Source: Paramoeba atlantica
Taxonomy: Eukaryota > Protista > Discosea
Direction of reading: 5' to 3'
DNA length: 64,000 nucleotides
NCBI GenBank assembly: GCA_977017575.1
Contig: CDRNVI010000014.1
Coordinates: 186,001-250,000, forward strand
Shown here: positions 11,444 to 22,181 of the stretch, in pieces
Layout: each line of letters opens with the position of its first letter
Numbering within the stretch: position 1 is the stretch's first letter
Notes under the pieces: model-generated
What the model was told of the DNA's origin: nothing
Databases searched by the model: none
Seen by the model: the letters and a program-made list of their open reading frames with translations, nothing else
Made by a program: the position numbers and the translations under genes

Positions 11444-12062
11444 TACCACAATGCATATTTCCTACATAGTCATACGACGTGCAGGATTTCTTCTTAAACG
11501 GCGGCACGAGTTAACATCCCTCTAACATCTAAACATGCCCCCCCGGCGTGTTAAGATTAAATAAGGTCTCAAAACATGCTTCCCATAGGCGAAGCCGAGC
11601 TTGCTTTGTTTCACTACTTTTCCTCTAGTTTCCGCAATCTTCATTTCTTTAATTTGATTTTCATTAAATTTCTGTTTTTGCTTTCACAGTTCCTTCTCGT
11701 CTAAATGTTGCTTTTCAAACGAAAATTAAGTATTTTCCCAACTGATGTTACTCCAGATCTATCCAAAGTTAATATTCCAAAAAAAGGAATTTCTAGCCGT
11801 TTGTAGAACACTTTTATTTTGGTATGAACAGCCCTGTCTTTTTGTAAATCCCACTGATTTCTTCCCCCTCCTGGGCCAATTTTACTTTTTTAGTTGCTTC
11901 GTTAAACGCGGAGGTAGTTTTCAAAGCAAAGGGGCAGTGACTTCTATATACATTGAAAACGACCAACTACTCTTTCACCAGTAACAAAATAAACTCTAGA
12001 ATAGCAATAAATTGTTTGTTAATATTCTTGTTCAAAATAGTGTTGTGATCGGTAAGGCTGCT

Positions 12063-12827
12063 TTACGTAAAAGAAATTTGAGTTTTTGTAGCGTCCACAA
12101 CAGTGCGCAGCGTTACATCCAAATTACCCGTCAAATCATGATTCCCTTCCAGTTCCAGTTTATTCAGTTCTGTTCCACGACCAAGCTCAATTGGACCCGC
12201 GAATCGGTTGTGACTCAAGCGGAGTTGCTTCAATAATGGAGGCAAATGGCTGAAATCTAAGGTCCCAGTGAATGCGTTGTCTATTAAATTGAGATAACGC
12301 AATCTGCTCGGTAAGCGCGTGAGGTCCAACGTGCCAGAAAAGTTATTTTCCCACAGGGAAAACCGAAGCAAACTGTCCGGAAGATTGCACATATCCACAT
12401 TTCCTTCAAGTTGGTTGCCGTTCAAGTAGAGTTCTTCGATCTTTCGAGGTATTTTTCTCACGTCTAATGTTCCTGCAAAATTATTTTTCCCCAGATTACA
12501 AAACCGCAAAAATTGTGGTAAAGATTCAAATTCAATCTCTCCTGACAAGTCACACTTGAAAAAGTCGAGACGAACTACTGTGTGCGGTATATATTTCCAT
12601 TGTAAAACCCCACTGATCCGAAGTGTATTCCAAGAGAGAGAATTTACGTTCCCAACTTCATCACATTTTACTCTTTTCCAATTACACGCAGGCGTGCTTA
12701 TGTTCCAAGAAAGACTTTTCCTCTCAATGTTTGTCGCCGAAATAAGCCTATCCAAGTCATATTCCTGCGGTAGGATAGCACCTTTTACTTTACCTGGCCG
12801 ATTTGGAGTGTTCATTGTTGAAAACAA
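12063..12827 (-). CDS. Leucine-rich repeat protein (family copy 2)
   Basis: GKVKGAILPQEYDL motif, WNISTPACNWKRVKC cap, about 7 repeats of LDLxxLPxxLxxLxLxxNxFxG. Confidence 0.9.
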   Translation of the reverse strand: MFSTMNTPNRPGKVKGAILPQEYDLDRLISATNIERKSLSWNISTPACNWKRVKCDEVGNVNSLSWNTLRISGVLQWKYIPHTVVRLDFFKCDLSGEIEFESLPQFLRFCNLGKNNFAGTLDVRKIPRKIEELYLNGNQLEGNVDMCNLPDSLLRFSLWENNFSGTLDLTRLPSRLRYLNLIDNAFTGTLDFSHLPPLLKQLRLSHNRFAGPIELGRGTELNKLELEGNHDLTGNLDVTLRTVVDATKTQISFT

Positions 12828-14264
12828 AATTTACCTATTGGCTTGTTTAATATCATACCATCCTGGTTATAAAGATCCCCCAACAGGAAAATAATCTTAA
12901 TCAAATCTCTCTTTTTTCCGCCGAAAAGATGGAGTTTTAAAGAGCAGCCCAAATATTAAAATTATCGTCACCCCCCGACTTACACCCATGCCAAAAAGTA
13001 TTGTAATTAACTCGTATCGACAACGAATTTTTGGCCGTAGTTGTTCAAATGTAGTACAACCCCGTTCCAGTGGTTTTGGGACTATCCCCACATTCATGTA
13101 CATGAGAGAAATGACAAAAGAATGGCGTATTCGTGCAGATCCCGTGTTGAGGACAACACGGGAAAAATACTTGTAAGCAAAACGAATATAAAATAGAACA
13201 CTGAAAAATAGTTTGAAGTCAAATTTCACATTAAAAAGTGTAAATTTCTGAGCATGAATTTTAGCAGGTGCCTGAAATATTCTTACCCAATTACCATTAA
13301 TTAGACACCCCCATTAATTTTGGCACTAGAGTGCATAAATAGAAAATCGTATTAAAATCGAATCCTATGCCCATCGGCAGCAATACACAGTGCTAACCGT
13401 TTTTTGAACGTGCTGTGTAACTTCTTGGCCGTCACCCTGCCTTCAAGAGAGACAAAATAACTTTGCGACACTAGTCGCTTTCAGTCACTGACAATCGCTG
13501 AGAGCCTCTGGCGGTCACTGGGGGCCAGGACGACTAGAAACCGACTAGAAGCCGCACTGGAATGTCGCTTCTTCCACTTTATCATCTCTCGCGTCGCAAT
13601 AGAAAACATTGCTTACGCACGAGCGTTAGTGTGTTTTGATTATAAACCCCCCACAGCGAAAAGTCACCCCCCTCCAACTTTTCAGCCAAGTGTCCGTTTG
13701 AGCTCATTTTTGTTGCATTTTGCTGTTCCCAACACAAAAACTTTGCGCGTTATAGCATGGAACCAAGGCTCTCAAATGCGTGCATCCGATAGATGGATTA
13801 TCACTTTCTTCACATTTTTCAAGAGCAATTTCTCACACTTTAACAAAATAAATATTCTCCTCCCATGAGAAATTCAATTATTTTTGTCCGTTTTTGCTGA
13901 TTTTTGTTGCGAACGAGAGATCTCGTTCTCCTAGCAAAGATCTTTGCCGCTATTTTTTAATATTGACCCACTTGTGCCCCCTGGCCGCGGAGTGTTTGTT
14001 TTCTTAAATTAGTGTGGTATGACGATGCAAAAAAATACCGTTACCCCCCCTTACTTATCCAGGTACGCTACTTATCACAAAATCCCAAACCTTACTTATC
14101 CGCAAGGATAAGTAGCGTACCTGGACCTTGGCCTTTTTTCCGAACTTTTTTATTGTTTTAGATTTGAGGTAGCTGTACAATGCGTTGCTATTTTAAAGTA
14201 TTTATCTATCTACAACTCTTGAATACTTTTTTCTACAACTCATCCTCCCTCTCTCTCTCTCTGA

Positions 14265-15764
14265 ATGTCTGACTTGAATCGGCTGGTTTTTCATGCAGGG
14301 CAGGTCCGCAACGCACCCCTACCACAAGAGGCGGTTGTCGTAATTCCGGATCCGAATGCCGTAGTCAATGTTATCCCAAACGTTGAACTACTGGCCCATG
14401 CTCAAGTTGAACAAGACCGTCCACGGAAAAGTCGGGTCGAGCTTACTATCCAGCAGAAACTTGATATTTGTGCTGCAATAGAAGCTATGAAGCCCGAAGC
14501 AACAGTTGCCGCAGAGTTTCGCATCACTCCTTCCACGGTGCGAAAAATTGTCCTGAAGAAGGAAGAGTGGATGAGGCTTGTGCGCCTTGGCCACGGAAGT
14601 TCCTATCAATTCCACCCGCCGCGTCAGAATCAGGAATTGTACACTCAGGGTTCTCGCATGATTGCGGTCTTGAGTGATGCGCTCGTCGGGGTCACGAAAT
14701 CGATGATGTTCCAAAACTTTGGGACATTCGACCATTTCAGTCAACTCACAGAGAATGGGAAGGAAAAGTTCTGGCAGCGCTTTTGTCGATTTGCGAACGT
14801 TTGTCGCCGTCGTGTAAACGGTTGCACTCAACTCGTTCCGACAGATGCTGATGAACGGGTCCGAAACTTTCTCGAGATGATGACTCTGATGAACGTCGAT
14901 CGCAGAGGTTACTCTGTCATCCTCACGGGTGATGAGACCGGAGTTGTGTGGGAACCTGTAAGTAGTGTTACAATTGAACTTCGTGGGACGCGGCGGATGC
15001 GAGTTCGCACAGCCGGAACGGAACGCCAAATGACGACAGCTTTTTTCGCGGCGCGCTCCGTTCGAGGCACAGGTGGCGTTTGGGACCACACCATGTTGCC
15101 CCCTCATCTCATCTGGCAGGCGCAGTCCTCCACAGGCCCCATCTCTCGGGAAATCAACGCGGCAGCTGTAAAGTACCGTTGTACTGCCACCACAACTGCA
15201 TCGGGGTGGACAAATGGCGACTCTTTTCTGGCATGGCTTCAAAGAGAGTTGTTAGACCATGCGCGTTATCCTCCGCGACAAACTTTACTTGTGATTGACC
15301 TCTATGCCGCTCATCGAACTCACGAAATTCTTTCTTACCTTCGTGAGCGAGAGGTTGATGTCTTGTTCATTCCTTCAGGTTGCACCTCGCTCATCCAACT
15401 CATGGATGTTGCAGTCAACCGAGCGTTCAAGCACCATTACCGGGATAAATTTTCTACCTGGCGTGCCTCTCAGAACGGGTTTCGCCGCCCCACGCGTCAG
15501 AAAATCACGCGTTTTGTCACTGAAGCGCTACAGTCCTTTCCTGCAGTAGAAGCCTATGGTGTGGAATTTGAACGCAAGCTCTCATCCCACCTTCTACGAG
15601 GCGCAGAAACAATTTCCCCCCAACGGGTACAATCTCTACGTGGTAGTACCCTTATGGTTGGCGCAACGCCTGTAGAAGCTGCTTTGGAGACAGAAGTCGT
15701 CTCCAATGCTTTTCAGCAGCTTTCTTTCGGTGAGGAAGTGATTGATGCGGACACTGATCAGTGA
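14265..15764 (+). CDS. pogo-family DDE transposase (CENP-B-like HTH + DDE_1), intact, copy 1
   Basis: HTH RVELTIQQKLDIC...VAAEFRITPSTVRKI; catalytic motifs GDETG, VIDLYAAH, QLMDVAVN (DD35D counted by hand); 499 aa. Confidence 0.92.
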   Translation: MSDLNRLVFHAGQVRNAPLPQEAVVVIPDPNAVVNVIPNVELLAHAQVEQDRPRKSRVELTIQQKLDICAAIEAMKPEATVAAEFRITPSTVRKIVLKKEEWMRLVRLGHGSSYQFHPPRQNQELYTQGSRMIAVLSDALVGVTKSMMFQNFGTFDHFSQLTENGKEKFWQRFCRFANVCRRRVNGCTQLVPTDADERVRNFLEMMTLMNVDRRGYSVILTGDETGVVWEPVSSVTIELRGTRRMRVRTAGTERQMTTAFFAARSVRGTGGVWDHTMLPPHLIWQAQSSTGPISREINAAAVKYRCTATTTASGWTNGDSFLAWLQRELLDHARYPPRQTLLVIDLYAAHRTHEILSYLREREVDVLFIPSGCTSLIQLMDVAVNRAFKHHYRDKFSTWRASQNGFRRPTRQKITRFVTEALQSFPAVEAYGVEFERKLSSHLLRGAETISPQRVQSLRGSTLMVGATPVEAALETEVVSNAFQQLSFGEEVIDADTDQ

Positions 15765-16239
15765 GCGCTTTTTGATATAAAATTGTGTGCACTCGGGCGT
15801 AATATGATAATTTTATAATATGAGAATAGATTCAATTGAGGCATATCGAATATTTTTCGTTCGCTTTTACTCCTGGGCTGGTCGGAATGTCATTCTATAA
15901 AAATATTATTCCTTATATTTTTCTGGTTTTTTTTCCATGTTTTTCCATGCCATCAACAACCAGCAACGACTACACTTTTTCCCCCCGCTTATTTCTTGTC
16001 ATGTAATTAGCACTACTTTTTTTCGTGTTCTATGATGTTGTTCTTATAATGTGCATGACATTCTCTTAGCCTTCATTTGTGTCAGAATCAAGTTTCACAC
16101 TCGCGTTGTTTTTTATGTACCTTGTATATTTCGATTACTTCTCTCTGTTTGTTGTACAACTTTGTTTTCTCTATGTTATTAATTTCATTTATGGCAGGAC
16201 GCTTCCGAAAACCACTCACCAACCTAAGGTACACTACTC

Positions 16240-16306
16240 AGGTACGCTACTTATCCAGGTACGCTACTTATCCAGGTACGCTACTTATCCAGGTACGCTA
16301 CTTATC
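16240..16306. repeat. 17-bp tandem array at the dimer junction
   Basis: Unit (CC)AGGTACGCTACTTAT, about 4 copies, then fused to left-end sequence CACAAAATCCCAAACC. Confidence 0.85.
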
Positions 16307-16494
16307 ACAAAATCCCAAACCTTACTTATCCGCAAGGATAAGTAGCGTACCTGGACCTTGGCCTTTTTTCCGAACTTTTTTATTGTTTTAGATTTGAGGT
16401 AGCTGTACAATGCGTTGCTATTTTAAAGTATTTATCTATCTACAACTCTTGAATACTTTTTTCTACAACTCATCCTCCCTCTCTCTCTCTCTGA

Positions 16495-17994
16495 ATGTCT
16501 GACTTGAATCGGCTGGTTTTTCATGCAGGGCAGGTCCGCAACGCACCCCTACCACAAGAGGCGGTTGTCGTAATTCCGGATCCGAATGCCGTAGTCAATG
16601 TTATCCCAAACGTTGAACTACTGGCCCATGCTCAAGTTGAACAAGACCGTCCACGGAAAAGTCGGGTCGAGCTTACTATCCAGCAGAAACTTGATATTTG
16701 TGCTGCAATAGAAGCTATGAAGCCCGAAGCAACAGTTGCCGCAGAGTTTCGCATCACTCCTTCCACGGTGCGAAAAATTGTCCTGAAGAAGGAAGAGTGG
16801 ATGAGGCTTGTGCGCCTTGGCCACGGAAGTTCCTATCAATTCCACCCGCCGCGTCAGAATCAGGAATTGTACACTCAGGGTTCTCGCATGATTGCGGTCT
16901 TGAGTGATGCGCTCGTCGGGGTCACGAAATCGATGATGTTCCAAAACTTTGGGACATTCGACCATTTCAGTCAACTCACAGAGAATGGGAAGGAAAAGTT
17001 CTGGCAGCGCTTTTGTCGATTTGCGAACGTTTGTCGCCGTCGTGTAAACGGTTGCACTCAACTCGTTCCGACAGATGCTGATGAACGGGTCCGAAACTTT
17101 CTCGAGATGATGACTCTGATGAACGTCGATCGCAGAGGTTACTCTGTCATCCTCACGGGTGATGAGACCGGAGTTGTGTGGGAACCTGTAAGTAGTGTTA
17201 CAATTGAACTTCGTGGGACGCGGCGGGTGCGAGTTCGCACAGCCGGAACGGAACGCCAAATGACGACAGCTTTTTTCGCGGCGCGCTCCGTTCGAGGCAC
17301 AGGTGGCGTTTGGGACCACACCATGTTGCCCCCTCATCTCATCTGGCAGGCGCAGTCCTCCACAGGCCCCATCTCTCGGGAAATCAACGCGGCAGCTGTA
17401 AAGTACCGTTGTACTGCCACCACAACTGCATCGGGGTGGACAAATGGCGACTCTTTTCTGGCATGGCTTCAAAGAGAGTTGTTAGACCATGCGCGTTATC
17501 CTCCGCGACAAACTTTACTTGTGATTGACCTCTATGCCGCTCATCGAACTCACGAAATTCTTTCTTACCTTCGTGAGCGAGAGGTTGATGTCTTGTTCAT
17601 TCCTTCAGGTTGCACCTCGCTCATCCAACTCATGGATGTTGCAGTCAACCGAGCGTTCAAGCACCATTACCGGGATAAATTTTCTACCTGGCGTGCCTCT
17701 CAGAACGGGTTTCGCCGCCCCACGCGTCAGAAAATCACGCGTTTTGTCACTGAAGCGCTACAGTCCTTTCCTGCAGTAGAAGCCTATGGTGTGGAATTTG
17801 AACGCAAGCTCTCATCCCACCTTCTACGAGGCGCAGAAACAATTTCCCCCCAACGGGTACAATCTCTACGTGGTAGTACCCTTATGGTTGGCGCAACGCC
17901 TGTAGAAGCTGCTTTGGAGACAGAAGTCGTCTCCAATGCTTTTCAGCAGCTTTCTTTCGGTGAGGAAGTGATTGATGCGGACACTGATCAGTGA
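16495..17994 (+). CDS. pogo-family DDE transposase, intact, copy 2
   Basis: Protein identical to copy 1 except RRMRVR versus RRVRVR (ATG versus GTG). Confidence 0.92.
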   Translation: MSDLNRLVFHAGQVRNAPLPQEAVVVIPDPNAVVNVIPNVELLAHAQVEQDRPRKSRVELTIQQKLDICAAIEAMKPEATVAAEFRITPSTVRKIVLKKEEWMRLVRLGHGSSYQFHPPRQNQELYTQGSRMIAVLSDALVGVTKSMMFQNFGTFDHFSQLTENGKEKFWQRFCRFANVCRRRVNGCTQLVPTDADERVRNFLEMMTLMNVDRRGYSVILTGDETGVVWEPVSSVTIELRGTRRVRVRTAGTERQMTTAFFAARSVRGTGGVWDHTMLPPHLIWQAQSSTGPISREINAAAVKYRCTATTTASGWTNGDSFLAWLQRELLDHARYPPRQTLLVIDLYAAHRTHEILSYLREREVDVLFIPSGCTSLIQLMDVAVNRAFKHHYRDKFSTWRASQNGFRRPTRQKITRFVTEALQSFPAVEAYGVEFERKLSSHLLRGAETISPQRVQSLRGSTLMVGATPVEAALETEVVSNAFQQLSFGEEVIDADTDQ

Positions 17995-18469
17995 GCGCTT
18001 TTTGATATAAAATTGTGTGCACTCGGGCGTAATATGATAATTTTATAATATGAGAATAGATTCAATTGAGGCATATCGAATATTTTTCGTTCGCTTTTAC
18101 TCCTGGGCTGGTCGGAATGTCATTCTATAAAAATATTATTCCTTATATTTTTCTGGTTTTTTTTCCATGTTTTTCCATGCCATCAACAACCAGCAACGAC
18201 TACACTTTTTCCCCCCGCTTATTTCTTGTCATGTAATTAGCACTACTTTTTTTCGTGTTCTATGATGTTGTTCTTATAATGTGCATGACATTCTCTTAGC
18301 CTTCATTTGTGTCAGAATCAAGTTTCACACTCGCGTTGTTTTTTATGTACCTTGTATATTTCGATTACTTCTCTCTGTTTGTTGTACAACTTTGTTTTCT
18401 CTATGTTATTAATTTCATTTATGGCAGGACGCTTCCGAAAACCACTCACCAACCTAAGGTACACTACTC

Positions 18470-18570
18470 AGGTACGCTACTTATCCAGGTACGCTACTTA
18501 TCCAGGTACGCTACTTATCCAGGTACGCTACTTATCCAGGTACGCTACTTATCCAGGTACGCTACTTATC
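18470..18570. repeat. 17-bp right subterminal tandem array (about 6 copies)
   Basis: TCCAGGTACGCTACTTA repeated without spacers just inside the right TIR. Confidence 0.9.
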
Positions 18571-19303
18571 ACAAAATCACTGATTTTGGGGTCAAAATGC
18601 GGGATAAGTAAGGGGGGGGGGTAACGGTAGAACCTAAAAACAATTTTCTTTTTCAGTTTCTAGAATGATCTAAAAATGGTGGTAACGTGTAGATCTCAGA
18701 ATTTTGAACGAGAAAATGATATCTTAACCCCCTTAGGCCCCTTCAAGCAAAAAGTAAAGGGGACAGCTTAAAAAAGTTGATTTATCACCGTTTCAAGAAA
18801 GAACTAATCAAAGACAAATATTCCACCACGTGACAAATTGAATGTTTGTTATCTGTTTTTGATCATTTTTGTTGCAATCGAGAGATCTCGTTCCCCTAGC
18901 GAAGATCTGTGACACCATTTTCATGTTGACCCCCTTCTCCCCCCCTGGTCGAGGAACATGAGATTTTTCAGGTAATATTGGCATGACTATCTAAAAACGT
19001 CATTAAAAAGATGAGTTTTACTTTCTTATCTGTGAAGAGGTCTAAAAACAGCGGGAACGTGCAGATCTCAAAATTTTGAACGAAAAAGTGGTGCCGCAAC
19101 CCCCCTAAGCCTCGTTGTACAAAAAAAAGAGGGGGGTGACTTATTCGCTGTGGGGGGTTTATAACAATACATGCGCATAGTTTTTCCTTCGTATATTGGC
19201 CAAAATCTGCCCTATACATTCATTGAAATTCCAAATTCTGGGCCAGAACATGTCATTGCTCTGTAGAAATGCACAAACTTAATAATAACTTGACAAATTA
19301 ATA

Positions 19304-19540
19304 CACCCCCTTTCATTAATAATGATAATTGAAAAATTATAAAAAAAGTTTCATTCTATCATAACTCCTCCGTGTCAGCTCGAGTTTTTTCCATGATCTC
19401 TTTAATCATGTCTTGTTTTTTCCCTTCGTAGACAAAATATCATAATACATGTATTTCGGATCTCCCCTTATTGCCTCCATCAAAAATGATAATCTCAGAA
19501 AAATTATTATTATCATTATCATTATTTATGAGAGGAGGTG
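19304..19540. mobile_element. AT-rich MITE, TA-flanked
   Basis: TA-CACCCCCTTTCATTAATAATGATAAT ... ATTATCATTATTTATGAGAGGAGGTG-TA. Confidence 0.6.
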
Positions 19541-19725
19541 TAGTAGCTTGTCTAGCTTAATAATAACCTGTCTAACTTAATAATAAACCGCAACTTAATA
19601 ATAAACCGCATCATAACACTATTCCGCCTCCCGGTTTACACACTTTGAACGCAACGAATTCACAATTTTCTGTCTTTGCCTACGTGGACGGAGAAGTGAC
19701 TGAGCATTCGCAGCCCAAAAAACAT

Positions 19726-19983
19726 TTACATATCTTCTTTCATGCTTACTGGCAGTGAAATACCCTCAAGATGCAGTGCCTCAGCTAACGCAGCTTTGTC
19801 TACTACAGTAGCACTCGACTGTTGCGCTTTCATAAGAATTCTTTTTACTAGTGGTAGAATTATTTCCCGATTCAAAAATCGTTCCGCATCTTTCTGTAGG
19901 ACGAATGTTTGTTCAGTATCAATTTCTTCTAGGATTTGCTGAAGTATTTCGTGATCGAGTAAAATTTGCTCAGAGCTGTGCAT
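19726..19983 (-). CDS. Small putative histone-fold protein (TAF12-like)
   Basis: ILLDHEILQQILEEIDTEQTFVLQKDAERFL...ILMKAQQSSATVVDKAALAEALHLEGISLP aligns by eye to the TAF12 fold pattern (L..L+.E+D...L..D.E..L ... A ... L ... +P); same strand as the other host genes. Confidence 0.4.
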   Translation of the reverse strand: MHSSEQILLDHEILQQILEEIDTEQTFVLQKDAERFLNREIILPLVKRILMKAQQSSATVVDKAALAEALHLEGISLPVSMKEDM

Positions 19984-20203
19984 AACAACTCCTTTTGAAA
20001 GCTAGAAGATCTGATGACGTTTGCAATGCGATTATGCCATATATTTTACTATAAACTGTACACTGGACCAAAAGACACTATACGTTTTGTACTAATCAGC
20101 CCACGCAACCCCTCTAAACTGGGTAGATTTTTTTTAAATGTTAGAAGTTCTAACATATAAAAAATAAGTTCTAAAAACGCTTTACATTTTAGCTATAAAT
20201 TTA

Positions 20204-20546
20204 CTGTACCCCCCCCCCCCCCGTTTATAATAGCTTCGCTTTTGCCCAAATGAACCTATAAAGGGGGGAGGGCGATTGAAGATTAAGAGTTGGCACAGAA
20301 ATCGCCATACATTCGGGAGCGAGGAACCAGGATTTATTCAATCGCTAAGTGGGCCCCGGCGCTCTTCCAAAGTAAAGTGTCCAGCACGAACACGTGCCAT
20401 ACCTCGAAGAACCATATGAAAATAAATATCAAAATATTAAAGACGGTGCAAGAAAATAAAAAAAAAATTCCCCAGGTTGCCCAAAAAAAAGAACCTATAA
20501 AAGGGGGGAGAGGTCGAGGCTACTATAAACAGGAGGGGGGGTACAG
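20204..20546. mobile_element. MITE, TA-flanked
   Basis: TA-CTGTACCCCCCCCCCCCCGTTTATA ... TATAAACAGGAGGGGGGGTACAG-TA; internal GAACCTATAAA(A)GGGGGGAG direct repeat. Confidence 0.75.
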
Positions 20547-21102
20547 TAATAGTTTATTTCGGTACTAATACACGGTACTAGCACTACTAGGACTACTAGA
20601 CAATGTCCGCATAAAAAATAAAAGAACACCTTTTTTATAAAGAACACCTATTTTATAAAGAACATCTATTTTATGTCTTTTAGCAGTAGGGCCAAACAAG
20701 CAATAACTAAACGGACCCAACCGCTTAGCCCCGTCCTAGAACCGCGTGAATACTATTAAGTGTGACAGTATGGGTCACGCTCGACAAGTAAAATGTACGC
20801 AATGCACATGTTACAAATTGTAACACACGGCGGATTGTGTTCAGTACCGTCATAGGCTGTACACGGATGCCTCGCATAAGAAGTAAACATACTCATCGCG
20901 GGGGATAAGTGGAAGGCCAGGGCATTCGGTCTAGAAAAGGCAAAATCACAGATACTACACCTGCTTCTTGCGCCTTGGCGCGCGTGAATGGTATGGGAAA
21001 CAATTCTGATAGAGAAACTACTTTTTCGGTGCGCAAAAATAACTGGAAACGTGCGTTCAACGCTAAACGAAATAGTGTCATGTTATTGTTTTTTCTAAAC
21101 CA

Positions 21103-21444
21103 CTGTCCAGCTTACCATACCCCACGGTATATTAAGGTATAGGTACTGTGACCCCCCCTTTAATGTAGACACAATTTTGTGTTTTGTCTCTATTAAATCC
21201 AAAAGAAATCGCGCCCCTTCGCGGCGCGGTTTCTCCCTAAAAGTGTCTATAAAATCAAAGAAAAGTCCTGTTTAGGCCCAAAAACGCAAAAAAATGTCCT
21301 TACTTTTTCTACAAATACTCTTTTCGCTAGGCCATTTCTCGGATGTTGGGCATTTGTGTCAGAGGGAGGTATATTAAGCCTGAGTGGACACCGTAATATA
21401 CCCCCCGGTATATTACGGGGGTATTGGTATGGTAAACTGGACCG
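21103..21444. mobile_element. MITE with internal hairpin
   Basis: CTGTCCAGCTTACCATACC versus GGTATGGTAAACTGGACCG-TA; perfect 12-bp stem CCGTAATATACC/GGTATATTACGG at about 21391..21418. Confidence 0.55.
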
Positions 21445-21501
21445 TATATAAAATATACGGTTCGTATATAAAATACGAAACTCTTTATAATTAAGAGGCT
21501 A

Positions 21502-21831
21502 CCCTCCTCTCATTAATAATTATAATGTATAAACCTTTTTCGTTTATAATTATAATTATAATTATAGTTTATAATTATTAATGAGATTCGGTAAGTGATT
21601 TTTTCTTATTATGGACTTCAAATTCTTGATTTTCGAGACATTTCGTTCAACTTGGAAGCAATTTTTAGTGCAAAATACACTACCTGGATGTGGTACAGGT
21701 GTCTTTCTAGATAAAAAATGAAGAATTTGAGATTTATAAAAGTGAGACTTAGAATTATAATCTCATTAAATTTCTATAAGCGATCCCTTTAATGATTTTT
21801 GGAGGTTTATAATTATTAATGAGAGGGGGAG
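21502..21831. mobile_element. AT-rich MITE, TA-flanked
   Basis: TA-CCCTCCTCTCATTAATAATTATAA ... TTATAATTATTAATGAGAGGGGGAG-TA. Confidence 0.7.
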
Positions 21832-22181
21832 TACTGCATTTTGCCGAAACATCGCGAAACAGGGAGAGCCACTGCAAAACAACGCGAAACAGCGGCTTGG
21901 GTAGAAAAACGCAAACATGGGCTCAAAAAAAATCTGAGACGGAGACCAAGAACCGAGACAAAAACTATTTTACCACGCGGGCAAGTGGCCCACAGATCGA
22001 TCCTCTACAATCTATGATTGATGTAGATATCCCAATAAACACTAGGAGCCATGATGATGAATAGAAGCGTTTTTCCCGGTGCTGAACGCTTCCTTACTAC
22101 TCACGCTGTTTACATGCTGTGTTAAAGCGTGTCAAAATGGACAGGCAAGGTACTACATCTCGTCACGGAGATGTAATATTC

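Larger units (their letters stand above)
14038..18627 (+). mobile_element. pogo/Tigger-type (Tc1/mariner superfamily) DNA transposon with an internal 2230-bp tandem duplication
   Basis: TA-CCGTTACCCCCCCCTTACTTATCC ... GGATAAGTAAGGGGGGGGGGTAACGG-TA; two transposase ORFs exactly 2230 bp apart. Confidence 0.9.
13645..19159. mobile_element. Outer non-autonomous TIR element (about 0.9 kb when empty) interrupted by the pogo dimer
   Basis: AACCCCCCACAGCGAAAAGTCACCCCCC at 13645 versus GGGGGGTGACTTATTCGCTGTGGGGGGTT ending 19159, TA-flanked; similar GAGAGATCTCGTTC.CCTAGC.AAGATCT motifs in both halves. Confidence 0.7.

Noticed and set aside
14388-17472. 284-aa antisense ORFs 14388..15242 and 16618..17472
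   Set aside because: They are the reverse strand of the transposase, have no recognisable motifs and are duplicated only because the transposase is.
16240-18570. 17-bp repeats (also 7801..7910 and 61485..62233) as CRISPR arrays
   Set aside because: Units are contiguous or have only 3-8-nt linkers, there are no unique spacers and no cas genes, and they sit at transposon ends.
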